A stretch of DNA of 64,000 nucleotides from Candidatus Melainabacteria bacterium (lineage in GTDB: Bacteria; Cyanobacteriota; Vampirovibrionia; 2-02-FULL-35-15), in assembly GCA_023250195.1 (NCBI GenBank), contig JAHFBF010000001.1, positions 406,661 through 470,660 of the forward strand, in the 5' to 3' direction. Below the pieces are notes generated by a model. It searched no databases, had not been told where the DNA came from, and was given only the letters and a program-made list of their open reading frames with translations. Below, piece after piece: positions 1 to 10,287 of the stretch (the stretch's first letter is position 1; each line of letters opens with the position of its first letter). The translations under genes were made by a program, and so were the position numbers.

Positions 1-1
1 T

Positions 2-985
2 ACTTGGATTAATACACGCGGACTTGAAAGTGGAAAATGGATTCAAAATATTTTTACTTCGACAAAAATACTTTCTTTATTAGGAATTATTTTTATTGGA
101 ATAACAATAGGAAGAAATCATTCAGCAATTACTCATAATCTGCAAAATATCTGGAGTAGTTCATGGATACATACATTACCAAAATTTCATATTGAAAATT
201 TAAATAGTTTGTCAATTTTCAGTGCTCTAGGCGTAGCCATGGTAGGTTCACTTTTTTCCTCAATTGCATGGGATACAGTTACCTACACTGCAGGTGAAAC
301 AATCAACCCAAAAAAAAATATTCCTCTTAGCTTAGGGATTGGAGTTGGTATAGTAACACTTTTATATGTTCTTGTTAATGTCGCATATCTAAGTGTCTTA
401 CCACTTCATGGAAATATAAACGGTAGTGATGTTTTCTCTCACGGAATTCAATTTGCCAGCAATGACAGAGTAGGTACAGCCTGTGCAGAGATGATATTCA
501 GCAGCTCTGGAGCTTTGATAATGGCTATTTTAATTATGATTTCAACTTTTGGCTGCAACAATGGAATAATACTTTCAACTGCACGTGTTTACTATGCAAT
601 GGCAAAAGATGGTTTGTTTTTTAAAAAGGCAGGTGAACTTAATAAGCATTCAGTGCCGCAATACGCTCTAATAATTCAATGTATATGGTCTTGTATTCTT
701 TGTATAACAGGTACTTATAGTAATCTGCTTGACTATGTAATTTTTGCAGTCTTAATTTTTTATATGCTAACTATTTGTGGACTTATTGTTCTTAGAATTA
801 AAAAACCAAATGTAGAAAGGCCTTACAAAGCTATTGGTTATCCTTTTATTCCCCTTATCTACATAATTTTTGCAGCTGCTATTTCAATAGATTTACTAAT
901 CCTAAAACCACTTTATACATGGCCTGGATTAATAATAGTTTTAATCGGACTACCAATTTATTATTTATGGAATCAGGAAAGATAA
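2..985 (+). CDS. amino-acid/polyamine permease (APC superfamily), 5'-partial
   Basis: Frame is open from the window edge to the stop at 985; polytopic hydrophobic product; GETINPKKNIPLSLGIGVGIVTLLYVLVNVAYLSVLP resembles the conserved TM core of APC permeases. True start lies upstream of the window. Confidence 0.65.
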   Translation, partial: TWINTRGLESGKWIQNIFTSTKILSLLGIIFIGITIGRNHSAITHNLQNIWSSSWIHTLPKFHIENLNSLSIFSALGVAMVGSLFSSIAWDTVTYTAGETINPKKNIPLSLGIGVGIVTLLYVLVNVAYLSVLPLHGNINGSDVFSHGIQFASNDRVGTACAEMIFSSSGALIMAILIMISTFGCNNGIILSTARVYYAMAKDGLFFKKAGELNKHSVPQYALIIQCIWSCILCITGTYSNLLDYVIFAVLIFYMLTICGLIVLRIKKPNVERPYKAIGYPFIPLIYIIFAAAISIDLLILKPLYTWPGLIIVLIGLPIYYLWNQER

Positions 986-990
986 ACAGA

Positions 991-3900
991 TTATTCACAT
1001 TTACTTGTTAAAGCATTAAACACCTTTCCTTCAGTACAGCCATCTGTTGCAGTTATAGTATTACTGCAAATAGTACGATCGATTGATAAACATAACTTAA
1101 ACGAATCACCAACACCAAATTTAGTAGTACCTCCATTACTTGCAATAGCAGCAAGAGTCAAATCATTTGTACCATTGGTACATACTGTAAAATAACTTAC
1201 AGTTGAAGAACCTTTGAAAAGATCGTAGCAAAGAGTACCTTCAGAAGAACTATGAGTAATTTTCATTTTGTCGTCAATGAGAACCGCACTGCTAAAGTTT
1301 ATTGTAGGATTATTAATACATGAAGTACCTGATGTAAGTGTTGCATAAAGTTGACCACTAGGACATTGACAAACATTTGCTGAACTAAAAGATGCCCCTG
1401 TACCACACTGGCAAGGATTTGATGATGAATAAGTTTCACCACGATAGCAGGTACGTGCAGTTGTCGGGCAACCAGTATTAACTTCTGGATACATCCCGTT
1501 AATGGTACATTTACAATAATCTGGATTAGACGGATCTTGATATTGATTAGTTGGGCACTTACAAGTATTAGTTGCTGGATCTAATACCTTAGTTGATGTG
1601 CAAGTTATTCCACCACTACAACCTGATACAGTATAACTTTGACCATTTGCACATTGACAACTTCCACCCGAACCTAATGTTGCACCAGAAGCACAGGTAC
1701 ATGGACTTGCTGCTGTTGATATTTCTCCTGATACACAGGTATGAGGAGCATTACAACCAGTTTCTTTTGTATAAGAAGCACTCGTTGGACACACACAATT
1801 TCCATTATTAGGATATGCTCCACCAGCCGGATTACATGTACAACCAGTTGACGTAGAAATACCTGGAGAACAATAGTTTGCAGTTGATGTATCACTACAC
1901 TGACCATCTGATCCTGGATTTTGTAAAGTTCCAGCACATAAGCATGAAGGTATTGGACCAGCAGGACCTGTTAATGGAGTACCAACTACAAGTGAACCTG
2001 GGCAAGCAGCTACACAGTCATTATTATAATAATATTTTCCATCAGGACATTTACATGGAGGCGTATAACCTGAATTCGAAGAATTATAAGCTAAATTATT
2101 TACATATGGTGATGAGCAAGTTTGCGCTGTTGAACCACTACATATTCCATTACTATTCGGATAGCTACCATCAGAACATTTACAAACTTTTCTTGAACTG
2201 CTATTTGAAGTAGCAGGAGCTGTAGATGCTACAAGATTAGATGGGCAAACAGAAACACAAGTTGTACCAAATTCATAAGGCACAGATTCCGGGCAAGCAC
2301 ATTGTGTAGGAAATGTCGGATCTTTAATATATGGTGATGGGCAACTTGATGATGGTGAATTACAACCAGATTCTTTTGTATAAGGAGCACTGGTTGTACA
2401 CACACAATATCCATTTAAAGCATATGCTCCACCAGCTGGATTGCATGTACAACCAGTTGACGTAGAAATACCTGGCGAGCAATAGTTTGTACTACTAGTA
2501 CACGTTCCGTTTTGATCAGGATAACTTTTATCAGGACATTGACAAGCTAATTGTGGTGCATAGTTACTAGCAGTTGTACCGCTGGTTTGTGGATAACCAG
2601 CAGTTAACCCTTCAGGACATTTTGCTACACAAGTAGCACCAAAATTTATCGGTGTAGCTTCTGGACATTTACATGGTGGGTTACCATTTAGATTTGTAAT
2701 ATATGGTGCTGGACAGCTTTGTGTTGTTAAAGTACCACAACCATTAGTTGTATAAGGTCCATTGTAATTTGCAGGACATTGGCATGGACCATTTCCATTT
2801 GCTCCACTTGCTACTGCTGGTGATGCACATGTACAATTATTTGCTTTTGGATATTCTCCATTTAGACAAATACGAGTTCCACTAGTAACACATGGCTGTG
2901 GAGATTTTGACGGAAGAGCTGGACTAGGTACAAGTCCATTTGGACAGCTTGATACACATGCAGTTCCATTCCAGAACTTTAATCCATCCGGACAGATACA
3001 TTGTGCTTCTCCATTGTTGTTTGGATTTGACAATAAATTACTTCCACACTGTGATTCTGTAACACACTTGCCACTAACTGGATCTTTTGTTTGACCAGCT
3101 GGACATGCACAACCTCCGGAACCATCACTTACAAATCCTTCTGGACATTTTTTCTTGCAAATTGATTGAGCTTCTGGTTTTACAAATCCTTTATCATCAA
3201 AATTATTTATTTGATCCTTACACAAACAATTTCTAGAATCACTGGAAGAAGTTGAAATCCCCTGCTTACAGCATTTAATTGAAAAATATTTAGATGATGG
3301 GTTTTCACAGTCTACTACTCTCCCGGCTTCTGCATCACAGACAAAATGGCAGTCACATACATCACACTTTGATAGATTTGTTTCAACTGAAGTCGTATTA
3401 AATCCAAATTTTTCTTCACATTCCCTATGGCAAGCACTTATTTCACATTGTTCAGCAATTTCTTCCGGCGTTGAAGGTGTGGATTTTGAAAAATTAGAAG
3501 GAACACAATATTCATTTCCTTTTGAGTTTTTTACAACTTTCCAGCCTGGCTTAAACTCAAGTCCACTAAAATTATCATCACTACAATCTTCTGCATGAAT
3601 ATCAATTCCAATTCTTGAACAATATAAATCTTTAACTGGTTTATGAACACAATTGTTTGTCACATTAGAATCTTCACAAAACCCGCTTCCATCAGAACAT
3701 TTTAATGACTTGTTTTGAAGCTCTTTACAGGACGAGGGAGGACATGGAAGGTTTTTGATTTTCCCTACTTTATAATCACTTAAAATCTCTGCATAAGCCT
3801 GACATGATTTATCATTATTCACTTCTCTGGTGTAATGCTCGCAGTAAGCCTTCCCAATTAAAACATTCTGATCATCAGGTGAAGCAAGAATTATTTTTTT

Positions 3901-4977
3901 AATTAAATCAAATTGAGGAAAATCACATTCTGCATCCTCAAGGAAATCTTTAAAATCCTTACCAATCGGAGTAAAAATAGATTCGTTATCAGATGTACAT
4001 CTAGAGGCAAACTTATCAATATTACAGCCAGTGGCACTGCTATTACCATTGTCCGTATTCCCTCCAGTGTTATCATTTGCTCCATTATCTAAGCCTTGTA
4101 ATTGATCATTTGCCACCTCAAAAGCCAGTTCTTCATTTTCCATTGCTAAATTTGCTGTTAAGGTTGAGTCTTCATCTACTATTAAATCTTGGTTAGTTAT
4201 ATCTCCATTTTTATCAGGATCTAAAAATGTTATTGCATACAGATCAGTATCAGTAACACAATGAACTAATGCTGTATCAATTTCTTTTGTTGAGCCATCC
4301 TCAACAGTCTGTGCTTTTAAATACTTTCTAGCTTTTGTCTGTGATCCTATTTTATCAGCTCTTACCTCTGTAAAAAAAGTACCATTTGGATCTGCTGCAA
4401 CAGTATTGTCTGAAATCTTATTCCCATTTAAATCTTCAATGGTAACCAAAGCAGCAACTTTAGAATCAACAGTACCTACAACCAATGCAGGTGTTTTGTA
4501 ATTAAAGGAATCTGTTGTTAAATCAACATTATCACCTAAAATCTTTATTATGTAATCATCATTCGGTAATGAGCTTGGAGATATAGTTATTCCGGAAGGA
4601 GTAGTTAAATTAAATAAGCTGATTACCAAATATTTACCTGAAATATTTTTAATTTTCTTCTTTTGTATACTTATTGAATTTTCTGGAATAGAATAAGTTT
4701 TTGTGCTATCAAGTTTTGAAGTTATGCTACAAGTAAGTTTATCCAGTTTAACTTGCCTGAATTTTTCAATTGTACTTTTTGGAAGCCGTACATTTATCTC
4801 ATCTTCTTTAGGATTTAAAACACTTCCATAAATGGTACTTTCACCTTTATTACTATAAACTTTGAATACCTGAATAGAAAGAGAATCTTTCTTTGCCGCA
4901 AGAACAGAATTAGAAGCAATTGTATAGAACAAAAGTACTATTAATAAATAAAAAAATATCCTACAGAATTTATTCAT
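991..4977 (-). CDS. giant secreted Cys-rich repeat protein (EGF-like CxCPxG modules); function unknown
   Basis: 1328-aa ORF with N-terminal signal peptide (MNKF...SVLAAKKD); about 300-aa N-domain clearly homologous to 5089..8604; then more than 100 Cys in tandem 25-35 aa modules (GxCxCPxG, CxCxxGxxY), including a near-identical internal duplicate (CSPGISTSTGCTCNPAGGAY...TKESGCN twice). Confidence 0.8.
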   Translation of the reverse strand: MNKFCRIFFYLLIVLLFYTIASNSVLAAKKDSLSIQVFKVYSNKGESTIYGSVLNPKEDEINVRLPKSTIEKFRQVKLDKLTCSITSKLDSTKTYSIPENSISIQKKKIKNISGKYLVISLFNLTTPSGITISPSSLPNDDYIIKILGDNVDLTTDSFNYKTPALVVGTVDSKVAALVTIEDLNGNKISDNTVAADPNGTFFTEVRADKIGSQTKARKYLKAQTVEDGSTKEIDTALVHCVTDTDLYAITFLDPDKNGDITNQDLIVDEDSTLTANLAMENEELAFEVANDQLQGLDNGANDNTGGNTDNGNSSATGCNIDKFASRCTSDNESIFTPIGKDFKDFLEDAECDFPQFDLIKKIILASPDDQNVLIGKAYCEHYTREVNNDKSCQAYAEILSDYKVGKIKNLPCPPSSCKELQNKSLKCSDGSGFCEDSNVTNNCVHKPVKDLYCSRIGIDIHAEDCSDDNFSGLEFKPGWKVVKNSKGNEYCVPSNFSKSTPSTPEEIAEQCEISACHRECEEKFGFNTTSVETNLSKCDVCDCHFVCDAEAGRVVDCENPSSKYFSIKCCKQGISTSSSDSRNCLCKDQINNFDDKGFVKPEAQSICKKKCPEGFVSDGSGGCACPAGQTKDPVSGKCVTESQCGSNLLSNPNNNGEAQCICPDGLKFWNGTACVSSCPNGLVPSPALPSKSPQPCVTSGTRICLNGEYPKANNCTCASPAVASGANGNGPCQCPANYNGPYTTNGCGTLTTQSCPAPYITNLNGNPPCKCPEATPINFGATCVAKCPEGLTAGYPQTSGTTASNYAPQLACQCPDKSYPDQNGTCTSSTNYCSPGISTSTGCTCNPAGGAYALNGYCVCTTSAPYTKESGCNSPSSSCPSPYIKDPTFPTQCACPESVPYEFGTTCVSVCPSNLVASTAPATSNSSSRKVCKCSDGSYPNSNGICSGSTAQTCSSPYVNNLAYNSSNSGYTPPCKCPDGKYYYNNDCVAACPGSLVVGTPLTGPAGPIPSCLCAGTLQNPGSDGQCSDTSTANYCSPGISTSTGCTCNPAGGAYPNNGNCVCPTSASYTKETGCNAPHTCVSGEISTAASPCTCASGATLGSGGSCQCANGQSYTVSGCSGGITCTSTKVLDPATNTCKCPTNQYQDPSNPDYCKCTINGMYPEVNTGCPTTARTCYRGETYSSSNPCQCGTGASFSSANVCQCPSGQLYATLTSGTSCINNPTINFSSAVLIDDKMKITHSSSEGTLCYDLFKGSSTVSYFTVCTNGTNDLTLAAIASNGGTTKFGVGDSFKLCLSIDRTICSNTITATDGCTEGKVFNALTSKCE

Positions 4978-5088
4978 AATTTACAATTCACAAAGAATTT
5001 AGCCTATGGTAAATAGATTACATTTATATTTTTAATTTCACAATGGAGCAAAGGGGAACTTCAAGGGTCATCTCTGAAAAAATTAATA

Positions 5089-8000
5089 TTATGGACATCC
5101 AGCCACCGGGGCATTACTGCCATCAGAACATACACAAACTCCATTTACTTTTGTTGCATTGGTAGGGCAGACACAAGTATTATAGTAATCATACTGACCA
5201 ATACCGCATATGCAGCCGTTTACCTGATCATAAGTATTCCCATAATTACATGAACATCCATTGGAACTTTGATATGAACTACCAGCACATGTACATGAAT
5301 TAGTCGAAGTAGAAACTTGTCCAGAAGCACAGTTTGGAGTACCAGTAGTTGTTACTACAGAACTGCACACAGTTAGATCACTATTACAAAGTTTTACATC
5401 AAGGTTAGATTGGAAACTGGAATTAAACTTAGATATTAAAGGTGATGTAGAACTATTTCCACAAAACACTGATGCATCAGAATGTACAGCAACATGATGA
5501 ATTGTCACAAGGTTTACACAGGAAGAAAAGTTTTTATTGTAATTTACTGTTACTGAACTACCGTTAATAGTGACACTATTTAATGTAATCTGATTTGCAG
5601 CACCTGTACAACCGCTGGCAACAGTATATGTTTGTCCTGATGGACACTGACAGGTTGAATCACTTCCAAGAGTTGCACTTCCAGTACATGTACATGGATT
5701 AAGATTTGAATACGCTTCGCCCGGCTCACAGTTATGAGCCCTAAAACAACCATTTGAAGAATAAGGTCCACTACCAGAAGGACATTGACATGTACCATCT
5801 GAACCTGCCATTGCATCTCCTGCACAATTACATGGATTTGATGAAGTTGAAACCTGCGAATTAGTACAAGTAGGAGTAGGACATCCAGATGCTGCATAAG
5901 TCTGTCCGTTTGTACATTGGCAGTATCCATTTGAATTAACTGTTGCACCAGAGGCACATGTACATGGATTACTAGATGTAGAAGCCTGGCTTGGTGAGCA
6001 ATAAGTTGTACTTCCAGCTGTTACAGTTACTATCTTTGAATCTTCTGAACATCCATTTGCATTGCATGCAACTACACGATACTCATAGCTTGTTCCTGAT
6101 GTAATACCATTATCGGTATATGTAGTAGTATTTGTTGAAAGGCTTTCTGTTAACAATGTCCAGGTTGATACCCCATAGTTTCGTCTGTATACTGAAAATA
6201 CTGTTTCATTATCTGCATTATCTGTCCATGTTAACAGTATTGTTCCATAAGTCTGTGAGTAAGCTGCTGTAAGAGCTGTTGGTGTTCTGGGGGAAGATCC
6301 TGTGGTACACCCGCTTGCTGAATAAGTTTGCCCACTTGGACACTGGCAAATTCCATTTGAATTTTTTGTTGCTGCTCCTGCACATTTACATAAATTAGAG
6401 GAGTTTGAAACTTCATCAGCGGCACAAGTATGCTGTGCTGCTGAACATTTTCCATTAGAATCAGGACTTGAGCTGTCAGAACATAAGCAGGTTAATAACC
6501 CGGTAGAAGATTTTTGAGGAGTAAGTAAAGCTGGACATGCTGCAACACATGTATCAAGGTAAGAATATTGAAGAGAATCAGGACACTTACATGATGGTGT
6601 CCCACCAGAATTAGAGATAAGTGGTGACTTGCATTGTGTTCCTAATAATGTTGATGATATACAAGAACCTGTCAATGGATCTTTCTTTTGACCTTCCGGA
6701 CAAATACAAATTCCTGAAATATCTTTTATAAAGCCAGGAGAACATGTACCATTACAAGCCAGTTTAGATTCCTCATATGCATATCCAATATCATCAAAAT
6801 TATTATTATCCCTGCAGAGACAGGCAGCTACATCCAGAATGACAGGAACTGAAGAAATTTTACCTGTAGAAAGATTAGATAAACTGGCAGAACTGCTGGA
6901 AACAGCCTGATAAGATAACTTTGAAGCCATACGAGCTTTTATAGAGTTACAGCATTGAATTGAAAAATATGGAGAGTTTCCATCAGTACAATCAATTATT
7001 TCTCCAAAGTCTAAATCACAGTTAAAATGACAGTTTTCAATCTCCGCTGGTGAGTTGTTTTCACATTGTCTGTGACAAAAATTATATTCACATTCTTCTG
7101 CCACATCTCCTGGAGAAGAATCTATCCCTGTAATTGGAGATAAAATAACTGGATTTGAAGGAACACAATACCGGTTCCCAAGAGAATTTTCTGCTACAAC
7201 CCAGCCAGGTTGTATTTCATCTGGACTAGCACTACTATCATCCACACAATCAGACTCTGAAAGTTCATCAGGCACCTGCAGGCAAAACAAATCTCTCTCG
7301 GGTTTACTAATACAGCTGTCACTTTGTATATCAATATCACAAAAGCTTTTCGAAGGTACACATTTTGGAGGTTTTATATTCTGGAAAACAGTACATTCAG
7401 AAGGTGGACAAGGGAGCTGTTTCACAAGACCAACCATAAAGTCATTTAACACCATAGAATAATTCCTACAAACTCTGGAACTATCTTCAGTCCTGCCAAC
7501 AAACTCACAATACCCTTTCCCAATACTACCTTCTTCAGCACTTAAGACAAAGTCAGTAACAAAATTAGGAAGGTTGCATTGAGGATTTGAAATGAGATTT
7601 TTCACATCATTACCAAGAGAAGCAGCTGCTTCTTCATCTTCTGTATCACAACGATCTGCAAACTGATTTATGTCACAATTTAAATCTCCAAATTCTGTAT
7701 CATCACCTGTATTAGACTGTAAATTTTCTAATTCTTTTTTTGCAACTTCCAGAGCCAGCTCTTCATCCTGTTTTGCCAGATTAGCTGTTAATGTAGTGCT
7801 TTCATTAACTATCAAAGGTTCATCTGCCTGTGCCCCATTGATTTCCGGATCATTATCCAAAGGAGTAATTGCAAAGAGATCTGTATCTGAGATTACATGA
7901 ATAACACCTACTGATAAGTCATCTTCAGCTACCTGATTTTTTAAGCTTGACCTTAAGGGATTCCTGTTGTTTACTGGTTTTACCATATCTGCTCTAACTT

Positions 8001-8604
8001 CAGTAAAAAAGGAACCATTTGGAGTTAACGTTACAATGCTATTCGAGATTTTATTACCAAGCAAATCTTCAACTACAACAAAACCAGAATTTTTTTGACT
8101 CACCATACCAACTACCAGTGTCGGAGTCCGGTAACTAAATGACTCTGTAGAAACATCAAGCATATTACTGACTATTCTTAGCTTGTAATTATCTGTCTGA
8201 AGAGCACTTGGTGGAATAGTTACACCTGATTGTGTTTTAACATTGAATAAGTTTACTGATAAAAATTTGCCATTTTTTTTATTCACTTTTCTGTTCTGTA
8301 ATTTAACTGCATCCTTAGATATGAGGAATTTTTTTGATGGATCTGCTATTGAACTTAAAATAATGGAAACATTATTCAAATCCCCCCTTAAAGTAGATAC
8401 AAGTACGGAATGGAGCGCAATAAACATTTGATCTTCCGTAGAATCTAAGACACTACCGTTAAGAACCTTCTCACCTTTATTATTTATAACTGTTAAAGCT
8501 CCATTGTTTGTGTTTTTTTTCTTAGCCACTGCTTCTGTAGAAAGGCCAAGAGATAAGAAAATCCCCATAAAAAAAGATAAAAATATAAAAGACAGTTTCC
8601 GCAT
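5089..8604 (-). CDS. giant secreted Cys-rich repeat protein with fibronectin type III-like domain; paralog of 991..4977
   Basis: 1171-aa ORF, signal peptide (MRKLSFIFLSFFMGIFLSLGLSTEAVA); N-domain alignable to the neighbour (e.g. TPTLVVGMVSQ / TPALVVGTVDS, FFTEVRAD in both); FN3-like segment TWTDNADNETVFSVYRR...YEYRVVACNANGCS; Cys-rich EGF-like modules. Confidence 0.8.
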   Translation of the reverse strand: MRKLSFIFLSFFMGIFLSLGLSTEAVAKKKNTNNGALTVINNKGEKVLNGSVLDSTEDQMFIALHSVLVSTLRGDLNNVSIILSSIADPSKKFLISKDAVKLQNRKVNKKNGKFLSVNLFNVKTQSGVTIPPSALQTDNYKLRIVSNMLDVSTESFSYRTPTLVVGMVSQKNSGFVVVEDLLGNKISNSIVTLTPNGSFFTEVRADMVKPVNNRNPLRSSLKNQVAEDDLSVGVIHVISDTDLFAITPLDNDPEINGAQADEPLIVNESTTLTANLAKQDEELALEVAKKELENLQSNTGDDTEFGDLNCDINQFADRCDTEDEEAAASLGNDVKNLISNPQCNLPNFVTDFVLSAEEGSIGKGYCEFVGRTEDSSRVCRNYSMVLNDFMVGLVKQLPCPPSECTVFQNIKPPKCVPSKSFCDIDIQSDSCISKPERDLFCLQVPDELSESDCVDDSSASPDEIQPGWVVAENSLGNRYCVPSNPVILSPITGIDSSPGDVAEECEYNFCHRQCENNSPAEIENCHFNCDLDFGEIIDCTDGNSPYFSIQCCNSIKARMASKLSYQAVSSSSASLSNLSTGKISSVPVILDVAACLCRDNNNFDDIGYAYEESKLACNGTCSPGFIKDISGICICPEGQKKDPLTGSCISSTLLGTQCKSPLISNSGGTPSCKCPDSLQYSYLDTCVAACPALLTPQKSSTGLLTCLCSDSSSPDSNGKCSAAQHTCAADEVSNSSNLCKCAGAATKNSNGICQCPSGQTYSASGCTTGSSPRTPTALTAAYSQTYGTILLTWTDNADNETVFSVYRRNYGVSTWTLLTESLSTNTTTYTDNGITSGTSYEYRVVACNANGCSEDSKIVTVTAGSTTYCSPSQASTSSNPCTCASGATVNSNGYCQCTNGQTYAASGCPTPTCTNSQVSTSSNPCNCAGDAMAGSDGTCQCPSGSGPYSSNGCFRAHNCEPGEAYSNLNPCTCTGSATLGSDSTCQCPSGQTYTVASGCTGAANQITLNSVTINGSSVTVNYNKNFSSCVNLVTIHHVAVHSDASVFCGNSSTSPLISKFNSSFQSNLDVKLCNSDLTVCSSVVTTTGTPNCASGQVSTSTNSCTCAGSSYQSSNGCSCNYGNTYDQVNGCICGIGQYDYYNTCVCPTNATKVNGVCVCSDGSNAPVAGCP

Positions 8605-8966
8605 AATTTACATTACATAGAAATTTAATCCTATTAGGTGTTTACCATCACTTCTAAGAATTAAAACCCTGCCCACTAGGGTTATCATTAGAATCCTTAA
8701 CTAAACTTTAGTTACCACCAAACAAGTTCACATTATTTTTCTGTCTGTTTTTTATTATTTATTGTCTGGTTATCTGAACCCATGTAAAAACTTATTTTAA
8801 AATTGTGTCAATCAAATCAAATGAAGGGTAGAATATCCCTACAGGACTTGAGTTAAACTGAATTTGATACTATAGAAGGTGTAAAACTCAGCAAATCCGA
8901 TCCGGTAATTAAGTAATTGATCGAAGGAAACTCAAGTTTGTCTGGAACTATAAAAAAGGAGAAGAT

Positions 8967-9689
8967 ATGAAAAAGATAATTGCATTTGCACTGGCGTTGA
9001 TCTTGTTTGCACCAGTTGCATTAGCTGAAGAAAGCAGTTTTGAAAATTTGGTTTTAGATATTATTAAAAAAAATCCACAAGTTGTTAAAGAAGCTCTGGA
9101 AAAATATGAAAAAGAAGCTTCTGGCAAAAAACAGGAAGATGAATTTAATAAATTGTTTGAAGATACTGTAAAAGTTGAAATTGGTGATTCTCCTATAAGA
9201 GGAGATAAAAAAGCAGAATATACAATAATTGCTTTTTCAGATTTCCAATGCCCATTTTGCAAACGTGGTGATGACACAATTAAAGAGCTTATGAAAAAAT
9301 ATGACAAAAAAGTTAACTATGTTTTTAAAAATCTTCCTTTAGGTTTTCACCCTGAAGCAAAAAATGCAGCAAAAGCAACATGGGCAGCAGGCAAACAAGG
9401 GAAGTTTTACGAATATCACGATAAGTTATTCGAAAACCAAGGTAAACTTGCTGAGGATCTTTATGTTCAAATAGCAAAAGACTTAGGATTAAATCTTGAT
9501 AGATTCAACAAAGACAGGGCAAGTGAAGATGCTGAAAAATCAATTCAGGCAGACTCAAAACAAGCACAGGATATCGGTATTCAAGGAACCCCGGGATTTG
9601 TCTTGAACGGTGTTAAAATTCTTGGTGCCTATCCAATTGATCATTTTGAAAAAATTATTTCTCACTTTGAAACTACAGCAAAGAAGTAA
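8967..9689 (+). CDS. DsbA-like thioredoxin-fold thiol:disulfide oxidoreductase, secreted
   Basis: RBS AAGGAG 7 nt upstream; signal peptide (MKKIIAFALALILFAPVALA); CxxC active-site motif in FSDFQCPFCKRG; size typical of DsbA family. Confidence 0.75.
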   Translation: MKKIIAFALALILFAPVALAEESSFENLVLDIIKKNPQVVKEALEKYEKEASGKKQEDEFNKLFEDTVKVEIGDSPIRGDKKAEYTIIAFSDFQCPFCKRGDDTIKELMKKYDKKVNYVFKNLPLGFHPEAKNAAKATWAAGKQGKFYEYHDKLFENQGKLAEDLYVQIAKDLGLNLDRFNKDRASEDAEKSIQADSKQAQDIGIQGTPGFVLNGVKILGAYPIDHFEKIISHFETTAKK

Positions 9690-9713
9690 AGAACAAATTT
9701 ATGTAGACACATT

Positions 9714-9760
9714 AACGTTGGAGTTTTTCATAAAAAGCTCCAGCGTTATTATTTTTAAAT
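9714..9760 (+). terminator. hairpin plus T-tract downstream of DsbA-like gene
   Basis: AACGTTGGAGTTTTTCATAAAAAGCTCCAGCGTT imperfect inverted repeat followed by ATTATTTTTAAAT. Confidence 0.5.
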
Positions 9761-9840
9761 CCTGATAATAAAATAAATATATACCTCTTTAAAGAGAGTA
9801 TATAATGTAGAAGTTAGTTTAAAAACCAAGGAGAACGTAT

Positions 9841-10242
9841 ATGAAAAAGAGTTTTAACAAAAGAGCAATTATGTCAGCATTAGCAATTACAGTCGGTGCT
9901 GCCGCCAGCACTTCTGCAGCTGATTTCAGTCTAAAAGAAGTTAATAGCCAGTCCTTACTTATTGCACATGACGGAGAAGCCAAGTGTGGTGAAGGTAAAT
10001 GCGGTGAAAAGAAAGAAACCACTACCAAAGCAAAGGCTGCTGAAGCCAAATGCGGTGAAGGTAAATGTGGTGAAAAAAAAGAAACCACTACCAAAGCAAA
10101 GGCTGCTGAAGCCAAATGCGGTGAAGGTAAATGTGGCAGCAAAAAAGAGAGAAAAACAAAAAAAGAAGCTACTAAAAAAGCAAAAAGTGCTGAAGCCAAA
10201 TGCGGTGAAGGTAAATGCGGCGAAGGCAAAACAAAGAAATAA
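9841..10242 (+). CDS. secreted Cys-Gly repeat protein, candidate HvfA/bufferin-like RiPP metallophore precursor
   Basis: RBS AAGGAG; Sec-type signal peptide (MKKSFNKRAIMSALAITVGAAASTSAA); four tandem copies of EAKCGEGKCGE(KKETTTKAKAA); the core matches EAKCGEGQCG at the end of the small ORF upstream of the MNIO gene at 45292..45444. Confidence 0.6.
   Translation: MKKSFNKRAIMSALAITVGAAASTSAADFSLKEVNSQSLLIAHDGEAKCGEGKCGEKKETTTKAKAAEAKCGEGKCGEKKETTTKAKAAEAKCGEGKCGSKKERKTKKEATKKAKSAEAKCGEGKCGEGKTKK
9978..10230 (+). repeat. about 66-bp tandem coding repeats (4 units) within 9841..10242
   Basis: Units AGCCAA(G/A)TG(T/C)GGTGAAGGTAAATG(C/T)GG... repeated head-to-tail; the opposite-strand ORF 9819..10229 is an artefact of this repeat. 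Confidence 0.85.
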
Positions 10243-10287
10243 AAGCTAAAACCTGCAGTTTATCAAAAGGAGAAATAATCTAATCCA

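Noticed and set aside
1593-2414. Several 60-110 aa ORFs on the plus strand inside the giant gene 991..4977 (1593..1811, 1674..1937, 1878..2213, 2229..2414)
   Set aside because: They lie entirely within a long, well-supported minus-strand CDS, have His/Gln/Leu-rich low-complexity products typical of antisense or off-frame reads of Cys/Gly-rich repeats, and lack RBS.
9819-10249. Minus-strand ORF 9819..10229 (PHLPSPHLASA repeats) and plus-strand 9962..10249
   Set aside because: Alternative-frame readings of the tandem KCGEGKCG coding repeat; the 9841..10242 frame has an RBS and a signal peptide, the others do not.
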